Below the pieces are notes generated by a model. That model saw nothing but the letters and a program-made list of their open reading frames with translations, did not search any database and had not been told where the DNA came from. Source: Marsupella aquatica (taxonomy: Eukaryota; Plantae; Marchantiophyta). From it: a DNA stretch of 64,000 nucleotides. Location: NCBI GenBank assembly GCA_973895155.1, contig OZ316892.1, forward strand, positions 6,493,251 to 6,557,250. Direction: 5' to 3'. The translations under genes were made by a program, and so were the position numbers. This document shows positions 1 through 12,836 of this stretch, piece by piece. How positions within the stretch are numbered: the first letter of the stretch is position 1; each line of letters starts with the position of its first letter.

Positions 1-833
1 AAGGTTTTTGTCTGAGATGCTTGCAGATTACACTTGAACTACAATTTTACACATTGGGGGAAAATGCATGGTTGTCAGAAATGACATTCTCATATATATG
101 TCATGTCCGGCCTCTTCAATTCTTTGATGACATTCAAAATAGAAACGTTGAGGGTATGTCAGTGGTGTCCCCAAATCGTGCAGCATAAACAAATGTTTTT
201 TTTCAACCTTAGTTTGGTTTCAAATTAATGGGTTATTTTATTGAGGTCTTCTAGGTTTCTATTTTTAGGGGCTCTACTTAGGTGCACTGTTTCTCCACAC
301 AAGATTCTTTCAAGCATATATATGATTATTTCCACATTGAACATCTCAATTGAAAAACAAACTAAATTTTTCTCCCCCCTTTTCCAACTCTTCTGAGGGA
401 AGTTTTAAGTCTCAGTCATTGCATCATTTGTTGTTGAACATTGCAAAATTGTCATTATATTTGCCACCATTCATAATAGCAACAGCCTGTTCAACTAAAT
501 TCTCCCGAGTGATCTATATCATGTATATGCCTGAGTGTCTTATCTGTAAGTGTTTTCTTGTTTGTCACATATTTTCAGCTCTTGTATCTGATTCAGCTAA
601 TACATAAAGGTACTGCCAAAATCCTCCCATGCATAGTCTGCTTGCTAAATTGAAAAAAGAGGGAACAATACTCTTCCCTTAGATGTAGTTTGTCCAGGTT
701 GTTTTGACACATATATCCTTGGATTTACCAAAATGGGTGCCAAATTGAATGGTTTTTCTATAGGGTACAAGGTATACATCATGTGCATAGGTAATTAAAA
801 GGTACTAACCCAGGAAGATACACTTGTATAATA

Positions 834-1151
834 CTCTTGTATAATAGCTAGGCAGGGGTTTTCCACTTTTAAAACTTTTTAAGTCAGTTACATATAAAAT
901 GTTTGGTTTTATTCTTTGTCCACTTAAAATTAAAAATTCATAAACTGGTTGTAAGTTACATCAAAAAGATTTTTAGAATTTTAAGAAAATCCTAAAATGT
1001 TGGCTGGTTTGGTTGTAGACCCCTACATTAAAAAATTCTTAGAATTTGGTTTTGATCAACTGAAGTTTGTAAACTTCAAACATGTTCTATTTTTTAAAGT
1101 TACATTTAAATTGGATTCCCTGAGTTGAGAGCCTGCCAAGATTTTAGTAGA
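834..1151. repeat. AT-rich segment that is an inverted, diverged homolog of 8328-8691
   Basis: CATGTTCTATTTTTTAAAGTTACATTT..TTGGATTCCCTGAGTTGAGAG..TTTAGTAGA (1081-1151) matches the reverse complement of 8328-8391; CTCTTGTATAAT..GGCAGGGG (834-858) matches the reverse complement of 8672-8691. Confidence 0.75.
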
Positions 1152-1253
1152 ATATAATGAAACCTAATAGGATCAATTGGATATATATCCCGATATATAC
1201 AAGGTAGTTATTAGGAATTAAAACTGGCCTCATAAAAAGGGGAGTTGGGTACC

Positions 1254-1299
1254 CTCAGGGGTCTCACTATATGGAAGACCCAGGGGAAGACCCCCCATC
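1254..1299 (+). mobile_element. Isolated transposon terminus of the same family as the 297-bp MITE
   Basis: CTCAGGGGTCTCACTATATGGAAGACC..CCCCATC versus MITE end (reverse complement) CTCGGGGGTCTCACTATATGGGGACCTCCCCATC; one mismatch in the 14-bp TIR. Confidence 0.7.
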
Positions 1300-2620
1300 A
1301 GTTGCAACTTTTTTATGTCTAGATCCCCATACTTATTCACTAATGTTTTTCCCTCCCCCTTTCTTTCTTAATATAATAGTTAGAGTCCAATTTGTTGAGT
1401 AAAGTACCACATATAAATAAAATGCTCTGAAAGGAAAAAAAATAAGTCTAGGTAAGTCCTGACAGTCATATCTTGTTCACAACAACCTTATTCTTTCTTT
1501 TCCTTCCATTTCTTTTTCATGATCCCATTAATTCCTGATCTAGTAGATGGAACATAAGTATCATCACGTACTCAAATGCAATTGCACAATCAGTGCCAAC
1601 ATTAACAAAACGTGAATTAGGGTCTTGGCTGAATACTTAGGATTGTCTTCCTGCGCTTTTCTCTGACTTACCAGTACTATAATATATAGAACACGTACAA
1701 GTTTCACCCTTGTAAGCCTATCTTTTGACAAACGTGGATTGCCTACCAGTTAATTGGCTTAATACTAGAGTTGACTTGTAATATATAAATCACCTTGCCC
1801 TCATAAGTAACTGTGAGCACTACATACATACCTTGATACAACTATGCACATTAGTTACAGGGTTGACAACAACCGTACTGATCCAAACACATGCTAAACT
1901 TCATGTCCTAATGTCTCAAGCTCTTCTCAATGTTCAGATACATTAAGTTATAACTAAGTGATCTCAGTGTTCATCATTTGAGTGCATCTCAAGAACAACA
2001 ATGGGATCTGGTTCTGCTAACTAGGTAGTTTTTCTATTGGATCAGATCATATCCTTAGATCTTCCAATTCATGAAAATCTCCAGTAGGGATAGGACCTAT
2101 ATCATGGATGGTTGGCAAGGACCTACCATGCGTGGTTGATGCTGTAATTGTTCCTTACAATCCCGCTTACAATCATTACAAAGAATTGCTTCCTTCAGAA
2201 CCCGTTCAGAACCAACTAGCCATCTAGCTAGTGGCCAGGTCTCACCTTCCACCATCTAGTCCTAACTGCCAGTAAGAAACTTTGTGGGAGTATTTGCAGC
2301 AGCTGATGCAAGAGATCAATCTTTTACTAACTTACATCAACAAAACCTTCTTCAAAGGCTAGCTGCAACCACTAATTCATTGGTTTGAACTAGAGAATAG
2401 TTAAGTACATTTGGTGCTTCCTCCCCTTGTAACCCTACGGGATAAATCTCCCAGCAAGAGTTTGGGGTAGTCACTATATGGAAGGCCATACATCACGTGC
2501 AAAGGTTTGAGTCATTTATGATCCCTTTATATAAAGTTGCATGACCAATCATGCCATGACGTACACGTATTCATTTTGCAATTAAGCAACCCTATACTTC
2601 CATTGAAGACTTAATAAATC

Positions 2621-3775
2621 TTATGCCACTTCCATGCAAACATGCCACTTCCATGGAAGTGACCCCCCCTTCTGGAGCAAGATCGAAGGTTCAATCCAAC
2701 AGTTGTATCCAAAAGCTAGACAGCCAAAATGATAATTCTGCTCATGATCACTCATGCCTCCTACCTTGTTGAAAAAAATTTCACAATAGTCAAGACCTAG
2801 CAGATGAAAGGAAGGGAACACTCGTACCTCAATGTGGGAACTTATCTCGAAAGGCACAAATCATCAACTTACACAATAATGACATCACATGTTAACATCA
2901 TGAAAGGCCTTGATCGACATCATGTGAACCTGTTAGCGGGGACCCGGGTTCACATTGGAACCCAAAGCCCGCCATGAACTTCATTGAGGGCTGACGAGAA
3001 AAGGGTGAGGGTGAAATTTCACAAAGTAACAAAGCATTTTAACTCTTTATATATGTTTTTGACTTCTCAACTAGTACACCCTGACTAGTGTCTTGCTGGT
3101 TAGAGTGACTGGCTGGGAGTCATCAGGTGCTGAGTTCAACTCTTGCTCCTGTCACCACAGAGATAGTAGGTTTTGTGGCATTAAATGCAAGTACGGACTC
3201 TAGATTGAAAAAGAAATATTCAACCCTTTTGAGGGTGCAATATAGTGGGGGAACCCGGGTTCCAGCTAGCAGGTTCATGTCGTTCTCAGTCTTGCTACCC
3301 ACTGAAATGTCACCAAACCTCAGCCAAAGTCTCCACAGACTTAGAAAGAATGAGACCTTTAATGCTAAAACAATGTGAGACCTCAAGTCATAAAGTGGAG
3401 AGAAGAAAATGTCTAAGTAGATATCTGCACAGATTTCAAAGTACAATTGAGTTCCTAAACCTTGTTCATGTCCAACATCTTTCCTCTCATAAATATCTTT
3501 CAGACAATTGCTGCACTCTTCTTGTTGCTATTTGCTGTGGACCTGCCTGATTGTGACAATCAGTCATATTCACATAATCCCAAGCCATGCCATGTTCATG
3601 AATTGGATAATGATAATAGACATTAATTAGCTACATAAGATAAGCTTAGGATGCATGCATGTTGATTTCCTAGCACCAGTAACGAAGACACTTATTACCC
3701 CCAAAGACACTTATTACCCCAGGGCGGTGAGGTTAGGGGGTGCATCAAACATTAGGATGTAGTCTTCCTAGCATC
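2621..3775 (-). pseudogene. Eroded P-superfamily-like transposase remnant (second, diverged copy)
   Basis: Fragments EDYI.N, IHEHGMAWDYVNMTD, GLGTQLYFEICAD, SHIVLALKVSFFLSLWRLW and GLDYCEIFFNKVGGMSDHEQNYHF are colinear with QDYIHN, HDEHGI, SLGTEIYVTICAD, RIVLCGKVGFFFRL.RLW and GFDCCEQFFSKVGGMKGNEQNYDF at 34190-34830. Confidence 0.8.
2915..3282. mobile_element. MITE-like insertion with ~35-bp imperfect TIRs inside the transposase remnant
   Basis: CGACATCATGTGAACCTGTTAGCGGGGACCCGGGTTC (2915-2951) versus GAACCCGGGTTCCAGCTAGCAGGTTCATGTCG (3251-3282); it interrupts the transposase homology; TSD not resolved. Confidence 0.6.
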
Positions 3776-4195
3776 AATGATGGGCAGGAACAAGCACCAA
3801 GGAGAAATTCCTGGAACAAGTGGTGAGAAGCCAAGAGATCGAGACAGTTTGTTCCAGGTACATGCTGTCCCTCAAAGCCAGTATTGATGATCAAGGATTG
3901 AATTGCAGATTGATATTTCAAAATACCCATTTTCTTTTTTTGGTTCATTCCCACATGCAGCAGGTGGGTGCGTCAGGTTGTAGAAATTCCAAGATACACT
4001 GCAGCATTGATTAGTTAGAAAGTATGGATAACGGATGGATAAAGCTCAGACAAAGCTTTTGTTGGCTGAGCTTTAGCTGTATTAGAGTACGTGTAGAGTC
4101 TGGCTTTGAGTAAACTGAATCATGCATGTCCTCCTGTATTTTCTTTTGTTGGTGGATGCGCTTTACTCCAGGTGCTGTTCTCGCATTCGATCATT

Positions 4196-4350
4196 CGATC
4201 ATTCATATATTATGGTGATAAATTGTTGTTTAAGCGCCTTCAATCAGTCGATCATTCATATATTATGGAAAAAAATTGTTGTTTAAGCGGCCTTCAATCA
4301 GTCGATCATTCATATACTATGGTGATAAATTGTTGTTTAAGCGCCTTCAA
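4196..4350. repeat. ~52-bp tandem repeat, 3 copies
   Basis: TCGATCATTCATATATTATGGTGATAAATTGTTGTTTAAGCGCCTTCAATCAG repeated three times with few changes. Confidence 0.9.
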
Positions 4351-6523
4351 CTATGTATCCTAGCCTCAAGCCAGATCTATCACTATGACATTGAGCTTCC
4401 ATAGATTTTAGTTTACGCTCTGGATCACCAAGTTTTAATTAAGTGGCTGGTGTCTTAACTCTAGAATGATAAAGAGCTTCGGGAGAGAAAAAGATAAATC
4501 ACAGTACATGTATTGCTCACTCCCCCTGCCTAGTATACTCTATGCAATGTTCGGCAACGGAGGCATCATTGAGCCATGCCATTGTGTGAGTCTGTTCTAG
4601 GCTATAACAAAGTCACACAATGCTCACTAGACTATTCCTAAGAAAAACCAAGCTCAAAGAAAACTGACTGTTAGGCTCAAAACATACTAAATCCCTCTTC
4701 CCAGAGCATCGTCCTAAGCAAAGCTGTGAACAGGCACAGTCCTAGCTCGGGCTTTGGTCAGGATCGGACAATACCCTCTTGAAAATGCTCAACCACATGC
4801 AGATCGAACCATTTTTTTCAGAAGTGTGAAAGTGGTCTTGTGCTATGTCAATTAGCACCTATTACAAAACTAATTAATTAAAATATTGTAGCTGGATAAC
4901 ATTAATAAATTGTTTATCCAAGTATCAATCGTTTTGCATCTTCAGTTTTGAAAACATTTGTTTACAAATTGAATAAGCATAGAATTGATTGTGTTTTAAA
5001 AGTTAATTAAGACAAGCTAGTTTTCGATCGTTTCAAGGCGCGTTAAACGTACATTCATTTTAGTTGAGGGAGTACTTTGAGGCCAGGTCTATCTAGAGCC
5101 AAGATTTGTTCTTTTGAGAGAAGAGAAATTCTAGACTGGTTAAGTAGGTTGACACTATAACCAAGGGAAGAGAATATATCTGGAATCGCAATTAATTGCA
5201 ATCAAAGAAAACTGAGAAGGGGCATAGGTAATATACAATAGGATCAAGGATGTCATTTAATTTGGAAGGCAAGTCGTGAATGCGTTTGCTTGCGAGTCCA
5301 GATAAATCTTCGACTGATCATCTCCAGTACTGATGACTCTAACGATGGCCGGGAACAAAACCTGAAATCCCAATTTGAAGTTTCAAAACGTTGCGGACCA
5401 AGTCTCAAATTAAGAGTCAAGGTCTTGAAATAGATCGATGGAATTGAAACTAGCTACCCGGCTAGTTACTGTGGCAAAGTTTGGATATTAAACTCAATTC
5501 ATATATATCCAATATAATTATTGAAGTTGTGAGGCACTTTGAAGGTATAGTTAGGGCCCCAAATGTTACTGCCAACCCCGGCTGCCAACACTGTAAAGTA
5601 TGCTCTGTGATGGAGAGAAAGGGGAGAAAGAATAGTGTCGTTAAGAATTAGGACAGCGAGATGATGAGAAAATTATCATTAGAAGACAGGATAAGAGTTA
5701 TAGCGGTACAAGGATTGCTATGCCCACGTACCGATCGAGAATTATTTGATGCCGTTAAAGTAATTTCCTAGTGGCCATAAATTATATCTTCTAAGGAAGG
5801 TGCACGAATTGTTGAGGGTTCAATAATTAAAGCAACTTAGTACCGCTGATGTCGATCACAACAATCCTTGGAAATAATCTATGTTGAGAGAATTGCAGGT
5901 GGGAAAGCATTGGACAACATTGATAACCTGAATTACATGCACATGCAGCATAAAGTCTTCAAGATGGACAGTTCCCAAAAAGATCGATCCATTACCGGTG
6001 TTGGTACGTGGAGAGGGATCGGACATAGATATACTTTGTAAACTAGGCTAGGTCATTGGTACGTAGAAGCTCAAGAATTATCCATAATTATTCATTTGGA
6101 GTAGGCGCTCAAGATGTGGTAATCAGGATCGAAACTCATGAGAAAAGAGGGTGAAGGATCCAGAAAGGAGCAGATGAGACAACAGCTGCCAAAATCGGAC
6201 TAGTAACGTGCCAAAGTACTCTAGCAGTGACTTGTCTGCAATGTCCTGATGGACTGATTGGGCGCGCTGATAACCCTTCTTTGAGAGGATGAGTATCTCT
6301 TTATTAATGGTAGCAAGCTAGACAGTACGTAGAGCTAACCAGTACTATTTGAGATTTTTTGCATCCTTCACAAATAGATCGAGTACTCTTCTCTAACACT
6401 CGTATCAAACACAGGACTTACACAGTACTGTCAGTCCCCCAATGGTGGGGCAGCCTCAATGGATGTACGTAGTTCCAATGGACGTGAGTTTGATAAAATC
6501 TTTTATTTGCACGGCTTTGCTGT

Positions 6524-7259
6524 CTAGAGGGATCTTCCCCAAAAGTCAATGAATTGCTGATCCTGTGTATCAGCATTATGCATTGAGAAGCCTGTCTCGT
6601 CAACACTCAAAAAACAATTGGGCGCACAAGGAATCGGCTGGACCGCTGGAGGTACACTGTACCAAGAGTAGAGCATCTTTTGATAACGCCCTGAGATGTT
6701 TAGATGCCAGAACCTGTAAGTGGCACCATTTCATCCAACCTTTTAGGTCAGGACGGACAAACATCAAGTAACCATATTCTGAAAGCAATCAATCGTTTAG
6801 CTGGCTCCTTCTTCAAAATTCTATCAGGATTAGTCAGCAGGTCTGAAAAAGGCGAAATAAGGAAGCTTAACTAAGGTCCCAACTAATGAATTAGAAACAG
6901 ATCGCGGTGCATGCCACTCAGACGAAAAGTTATATAGTAGAGTTAGTCAGTGTGATATATACAGGAAGCCGGGAAGTAAACACATCAACAATTACTTACA
7001 AGGATTCAACTGACACCGTGTCGTCGAAGATGTCGTATTCCACAGCCGCATCCCCAGAATGTACATAAAAGGGTTTAGGGTCATATCTTGTGGTGTGATT
7101 CGACAACGAGTAGAAGTTCTGAATGAACATCCCAGTGGGCTGTATCATCCCATTGAAAACCTGAAGAGAGCCGATCTTAGTGTTGACCCCCATCCCGCTA
7201 TGGGGGAAGATCACTAAAATCAGAAACACGCATAGTAACGAAAATCTCGATTTGGCCAT
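6524..7259 (-). CDS. Two-exon secreted protein (149 aa), S-protein-homologue (SPH / self-incompatibility S1)-like
   Basis: Exon 1 7259-7000 with signal peptide MAKSRFSLLCVFLILVIFPHSGMG; GTAAGT..TTACAG intron 6999-6714; exon 2 6713-6524 in frame (LFWHLN..CAPNCFLSVDETG..FIDFW); AATAAA just after the stop; TATA-like box near 7445. Confidence 0.6.
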
Positions 7260-7288
7260 TGTGTCGTTGATAGAAAGTTTCCCAGCCG

Positions 7289-7575
7289 AAAGCTCTAGCT
7301 ACTAGACGAAGAACGCGCGAGGACAGTGCACTCGATCAGAAGTTGTGAGAAAGCTCTAGCTACTAGACGAAGAACGCGCGAGGAGGTTGTGAGAAGGTCT
7401 GAAACCACTCAGAGGTTGTGAGAAGGTCTAACCCTGCATAGCTTATAACACAATTCAGAGAGTACTCCGGCAGGACTCTCCCAAAACAAGAATGTACGTT
7501 GAGTCAATCTGTGGATGAGCGCATGAGTACTCACTCCCAAAACGAGAATGTTGCGTCAATATGTGGATGAGCGCC
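7289..7575. repeat. Short direct duplications in the upstream region of the SPH-like gene
   Basis: AAAGCTCTAGCTACTAGACGAAGAACGCGCGAGGA twice (7289, 7350); GAGGTTGTGAGAAGGTCT twice; TCAAT.TGTGGATGAGCGC twice. Confidence 0.85.
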
Positions 7576-10500
7576 CTTCCGCAGCCCTCCGATTGGGATC
7601 CCAATCATTCTCGTCCGTTCATTGAATGAGCCAATCTATGGCTCAAAATGCAGGTCTCTTCAAGATCTACGTCTCAAGAAAAATCAGATTATGGAATGAT
7701 GAAAAATGAATGAGAAAAATGATTAAAAAAACAATCCAAGCAATGTGATTGGTGGAGGTTCAAAATTTCAAATTTCAAATTATTTGGCTGGTGGGGCAGG
7801 GACTGGTGGCTTGGATTGCCATTGGGTGTCTGTGCCAAGAAACCTGTGCAGGCATCCATCCATAGATATGGAACAAGGGCCTAGGGGTTTGAGTTTAGCA
7901 TAGGGTTCTATGAGCACCCCGTCTTCTAGATGGGAGGTAGAAACATCGCCCAAGGGGGAGGGGGTCCACCTAGACAGTGCTATTCGAGTGATAATATAGA
8001 TTACAAGAAGGACTTGATGTCAAGTTAGAAATCTGGGTCCCCCCCGGCCTAAAATGTAAGAAAAATTATTAAATTTTCAACCCTTATAAAGTTAGAAATT
8101 CCAAAAATTTGGTTAGAAGATGATGGATACGGCCCAAAGGGGCTTGTTGTTGGCTACAACCTGGTGGCTGCACAGGTCCTTTTGGCCTGATTAGGGTTAA
8201 TTTTGTCTTCTTTTTCTTTGCCTCCCAGTTGCTGGGTTGCAGCTGGGGGTGGCTTTTGTCCCCTTGGTGGTTTGTGCAGGTTCCAGCCCTTTTCCGGTTT
8301 GTTGGAAAAATAAAATAAAATAATTAGTCTACTAAAGTGTTGTACCTCTCAACTCAATGAATCCAAAAATGTAACTTTAAAAAAACACATGTTTTGATGT
8401 ACAAAAATTTGATCAAAACCAAATTATATTGGTTTTTTTAATACAAGGGTCTATGTACAGCCAAACTAGCCAGCTTTTTAAGATTTTTATTAAAATTTTA
8501 AAATATTTTAATAAAATTAAAACATGGGTAGAAATATTTTTTAATTTCATATGGAAAAAGAAGAAAACCAATTGAAACCTTTTATATGATTTTTTAAACT
8601 GGAAAACCCAGATTTTTTCAAAAATTAATTATTTTGTATATCCAACTTTTTAGTCCATATAAAAATGTAGACCCCTGCCATTATACAAGAGACCCGGGAC
8701 AAGGCTATTAGAAGGAATTAAAAACACGCCCTATTACAACGGAGTTGCATACCGGCCGCGGGGGGGGGGGTTTGCTATGAACCCCAGATGGACTTCCAAA
8801 GCTCAATCAGATACTTACATGGCTACAATGTCTCCCTGGGCCCTCAACTTACAAAATAACGAAACACACGTGCAAACGTCCGATGGGTATTAAATATCGA
8901 TTCCGCAAATAATATTATAACACCATTAGAACAAACAAGGTCCTTACATATTGTCGCAACAAATTAGAATAGGTGAAGGGTTTTTTTAAAGGTGTCCCAA
9001 AGTTAATCAATTGAAGGGCCATTTTAATATGCAATGACACGCGTCACTTTCTCATTCGACCACGTGTCATCTGACCAGTGGCTTAGGGTTTACGGGTTTT
9101 GGGGGGAAGGGTGGTCAAAGTGTTGTGTTCCCCCCTTTGCCCCTCCTACTTTGTAGGAGCCGTACGATGTAGGATACCCTAGATCGAACGGCCAGGAGAA
9201 TGAAGGACACTCGGGGCGGGTGGGCTTGGGGAGACGGTGTGAGAGGGTGGGACAAGCGGGGGGACAGGAGGGCGGGCAGGAGGGGCGGGAGGAGGGGTCT
9301 CCGGAGAGGTCCGAGCCGGGGCCACACTTTTGGGCTTTCGGACTTTCAGACTTTTTTGCCAGTTTCTCCCTCCCGCACTGCAGTTTCTTCACTTGTTTCT
9401 TCGTCATCTCGCTCCGCATCTCGCGTGATCTTGAGTTGGGGTTTGGGCGAAAGTGTTCGATGTTTGGTCCCGCCTTCGTTTGAACTCTCAGGATTTCTCT
9501 GGGGCTTTGTCCCGGGCTTAATTTGTGAACGTGTCTGTGCCCCGGTCTGTGCACTCACTCTCACTCTCACTCTCTTCCGGGACTCTCTTGCATTCGGGCT
9601 TGCATTCCTGTCCCGATTCCCATGTCCATTTTGTGATCAAGTCTGTAAGGGAATTTTGTAAGCTGATTGCGAGCTGGGCGGGGAGCTGAGGCTGCATTTC
9701 GACCTTGGCCATTGCAGCGGGCATTGCAGACAGGGTTGCGGGCTGCATTTCGACCTTGGCCGAGTTGGACCCCGGTTTTGCTTACCCCATTGCTTACCAA
9801 TCTCGGGACCGATCGAAGCTCGGGGACAGGAAGTGGGATCAACTGGCGGGTCAACTGGTCGAAGATAATTCCTGAGGTAATTGTTGTAAACGGTACTGGC
9901 AATCCTGCTTCCTACTGTTTGGAATCAGCAAAACCATGGGCGAGAGATTGTGCCGGTGATTTGAGCTGAGGCACAAGTGCATTTTGTTGTTGCTGCCTCC
10001 GGGGCTGCCTCTCGCCCGGCCTCTTGTCTTGAACATTTCGGACTGTGCTTTTCTGTTGCTGGCTTTTCAGGCGGAAGACTTATCTCGCTTTTTGTTTTGT
10101 AGGATGGTGGTGACTATAGTCAACACCGGCCCCGACACGGACAGGAATCCCGCAGCATATTAGGGCACGGTCCGCGGCAAGAAGGGACATTAACGGGGAC
10201 ATTAAGTTTGTGTCTGTGGCAATTTGTGTTGGTTTGTGTTTGTGACAGTTTCTATCGCTCTGCCCCGCGCTCTGCTTGTTCCCGCATGCTACAAAAGCTA
10301 TGTTCGAAAGAAAGGGTGTTCATGCATGTGTTTAAATTGGTCATCGTAGCCCGGGGTTTGGTTTTACTGGTTTAGTCACTTCATTTTGTGGTTGCCTATT
10401 TGTTCTAAAGCATCTGAAATTGCAGGGCCTTTCCCGGGGCCTTTCCACAAAGAAGAAGGGGTTGGCGCCTTCTACCTTCAAGCTTCCAATCAATTGTGGC

Positions 10501-10833
10501 AAGAGTGGGGGCAAGCTTGTCTTCTGTTCCGATCAAGGTAACAATGTAGTGAAGGCCCGAGTGAAGGTTTTCCCAGGGGTTTTCCTGGGTTTTCTGTTGA
10601 ACATATTTTTCTGTTTCGGTTACTTCCATATAGTGTATTGTTGCCCACTCCTATCATTTAAATGTTGGATAGTCCAAGTCTATTCTGCTCTGTAAATAGA
10701 TAGAAATAAATGTGCGCCTGGACAGAATGAGGAGAAAGAGAAAGTGATCCCATTGTGCAGCGAGCAATGTTCAGTTTTTGCTTCACAAGCCCGTTGATGT
10801 TAATTGATGTTCATTCTTGTCTCTTCTCTACAG

Positions 10834-12034
10834 GTGAAGTGCAAGGCTAGGCCCCGGGCTAGGCAGACATTTGCTAGCCTTGTTACACTAGCGGAACAAC
10901 AATTGGGGAGCAAGCAACGGGGAAAGCAGTTGGTCAGCTTTTAAGTGCTGGTGAGTATGCTTAACTTCTTGAAATCTGTACTAGGTCCTCGGATGAATAC
11001 CTTGTGTTATTTGCCTTATTCTTGTTGTAATGTCGTTTCTCTTGTTGTAATGTTGTGGCGGAGCGGTACCTCTCATTCTTCTCTCTCCTCCTCCACTCTC
11101 TGTGAGCGCTTGCTTTGATGCGTCTTTTGATTTAACTACCTTTGTGGGTTGAAGCATTTTGTTGAAGCTCCGCGCATCAGTGTTAGCTCTGTTAATTTAT
11201 GCTTTGTCTCATAAGGTCAAGTTGTTCGCGCCTAGGTCAAAGCATTTTCTGAAGCTCTCACGTGAAGAAATTTTAGCTTTAGCTCGCTACTACATTTGGT
11301 AAAGCTTAGCTTTAAAACTCTATCTGTGCTTGGGCTTTTCGAGCAATCGGTGATCATTGAATTTGATGTACTTAAGTTTCTGGAATTATGGCTCCTGCAG
11401 TTAGCTTGACTTTCTCTGCCACAATTGGGACTTCCGGTGTGCATGGTCTAACTAGCATCTCACAGAAAATTTAGCATCTCATTTACTCCTACAGGTTTAT
11501 TGTCACAGGCAGGAGCAAAGTTGGAGTAGTGGCTGAAACTTAGACCAACAGTTAGGCGTCAAGAAACGACGGTGAGTACTCAGTCTAACTGGTGTTCAAA
11601 TATTGTCTTCTTCGGTTTTTGAATGTGTGCCATTGTTGAATTACATATTTGTGGGCATGTTACATGCGGGGTTGTATGACCCGAAGGACCTATCATTCGT
11701 TTTGTTTTACAGGTTTGGAGGTGGGCCAAGGCCGGGGCTCAACGCTTGTCTACTAGTACTGCGGGGTTACATCACTCTAAGGTGACACATCATTTTGCAT
11801 ATTAATTGTTTCTCCTTCTCCGCTATTGTATGATATGATTTGTGACTACTGTCATCTGCTTTGTAATTGCCAATGCAGTCCTGTAGTGTCATTCCGAGTC
11901 TCGTTTATTTTATTGAATGGATCTGTTTGTCTTCTCCGCAGGTGAAGTGCAAGGGCTGCCCGGAAAGTGTGAGTTGTCTTGAAAGTTCTGGCACATTCAG
12001 GTCCGGGATTCAGGTTCTTGGCATCAATTGTCTT
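10834..12034 (+). other. Chain of short, apparently non-coding spliced exons
   Basis: YAG/GT-bounded exons 10834-10950, 11495-11571, 11713-11781 and 11942-12034; two begin with the same GTGAAGTGCAAGG; a further acceptor lies at 12741. Confidence 0.5.
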
Positions 12035-12071
12035 GTGAGTAGAAGTCCCGGTAGAAGTCAATATATAAGCA

Positions 12072-12539
12072 ATGTCACGTGAGACAAAGGTCAATGCCAT
12101 ATGGAGCATTTCTGTGCAAGTCATAGGGACATTTGTGTGCTCTGCGGTCGGATTGTGTACTGAAAATTTATTATGGACTCTGTTGGGTTTGCTTAGCCAA
12201 CTATTTCAATTTTTGCATGAAATTTTGGAGCGATTCATCGCTCTTGCACGTCCACCCCTAGAGATGGTTGATGCTGGGGGTGCAGAGGCCCCTCATCCTG
12301 ACATTGTCGGCCATGAAGCTTTGCCTCTGCACAAGATTTCTACGCCGTTAGTTTCCCATTATTATGCAGTGTCTAGAGGCCGTAGGCCAGGCATATATGA
12401 ATGTCACGAAGCCGCTGTCAAACAAGTCCTAGGTTTTAGTGGGAATAGTCATAGGTCTTTTAAGACTAGAGCACAAGTGGAGGATTGGCTAAAGACACAG
12501 ATCTTGTCGGGTTGGCATAATTGTCAATGTAAGACTTGA
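12072..12539 (+). CDS. 155-aa ORF: hydrophobic N-terminus plus RNase H1 N-terminal hybrid-binding (Cauli_VI/viroplasmin) domain
   Basis: YYAVSRGRRPGIYECHEAAVKQVLGFSGNSHRSFKTRAQVEDWL fits the consensus YYAV..GR.PGIY..W......V.GF....HKSF.T..EA..W; no RNase H catalytic domain follows. Confidence 0.8.
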   Translation: MSRETKVNAIWSISVQVIGTFVCSAVGLCTENLLWTLLGLLSQLFQFLHEILERFIALARPPLEMVDAGGAEAPHPDIVGHEALPLHKISTPLVSHYYAVSRGRRPGIYECHEAAVKQVLGFSGNSHRSFKTRAQVEDWLKTQILSGWHNCQCKT

Positions 12540-12836
12540 GTTCATTTGAATATGAGACAAATTTGGAATTTCAGGCGATGTTGTGTGTTCTTGCATGCGA
12601 TTGAAGGCCAACTTGACTCCCTTTCTTATGTTTTCCTCATGTGCACATATACCTACTCCTTGCTTCCAAATGTCTTTGCCCAAGTGTATCGTTGCACACT
12701 ATAACTACTTATTGATGTTGTGAAGTAAATTTGTGTGCAGGTCTCTGAATCTGTCAGTGTGTTGAAGGACTTCTGGGATACCAAGCTTCCGTCTGCGTTG
12801 AAGGTCTTGCATGTCTCTTACTGAGAGTGGATTTTC

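Noticed and set aside
610-790. Minus-strand peptide KQPGQ..WEDFG vaguely like a JmjC C-terminus
   Set aside because: No metal-binding motif, contains a stop, and the similarity is too weak
7881-7975. CTAGGGGTTT / CAAGGGGGAGGGGG as the left TIR of the P-like element
   Set aside because: Only weak resemblance to the MITE TIR, and no partner TIR or TSD is visible within the window
9090-10036. Overlapping 60-154-aa ORFs on both strands
   Set aside because: GC-rich low-complexity promoter/leader sequence; no coherent protein motif
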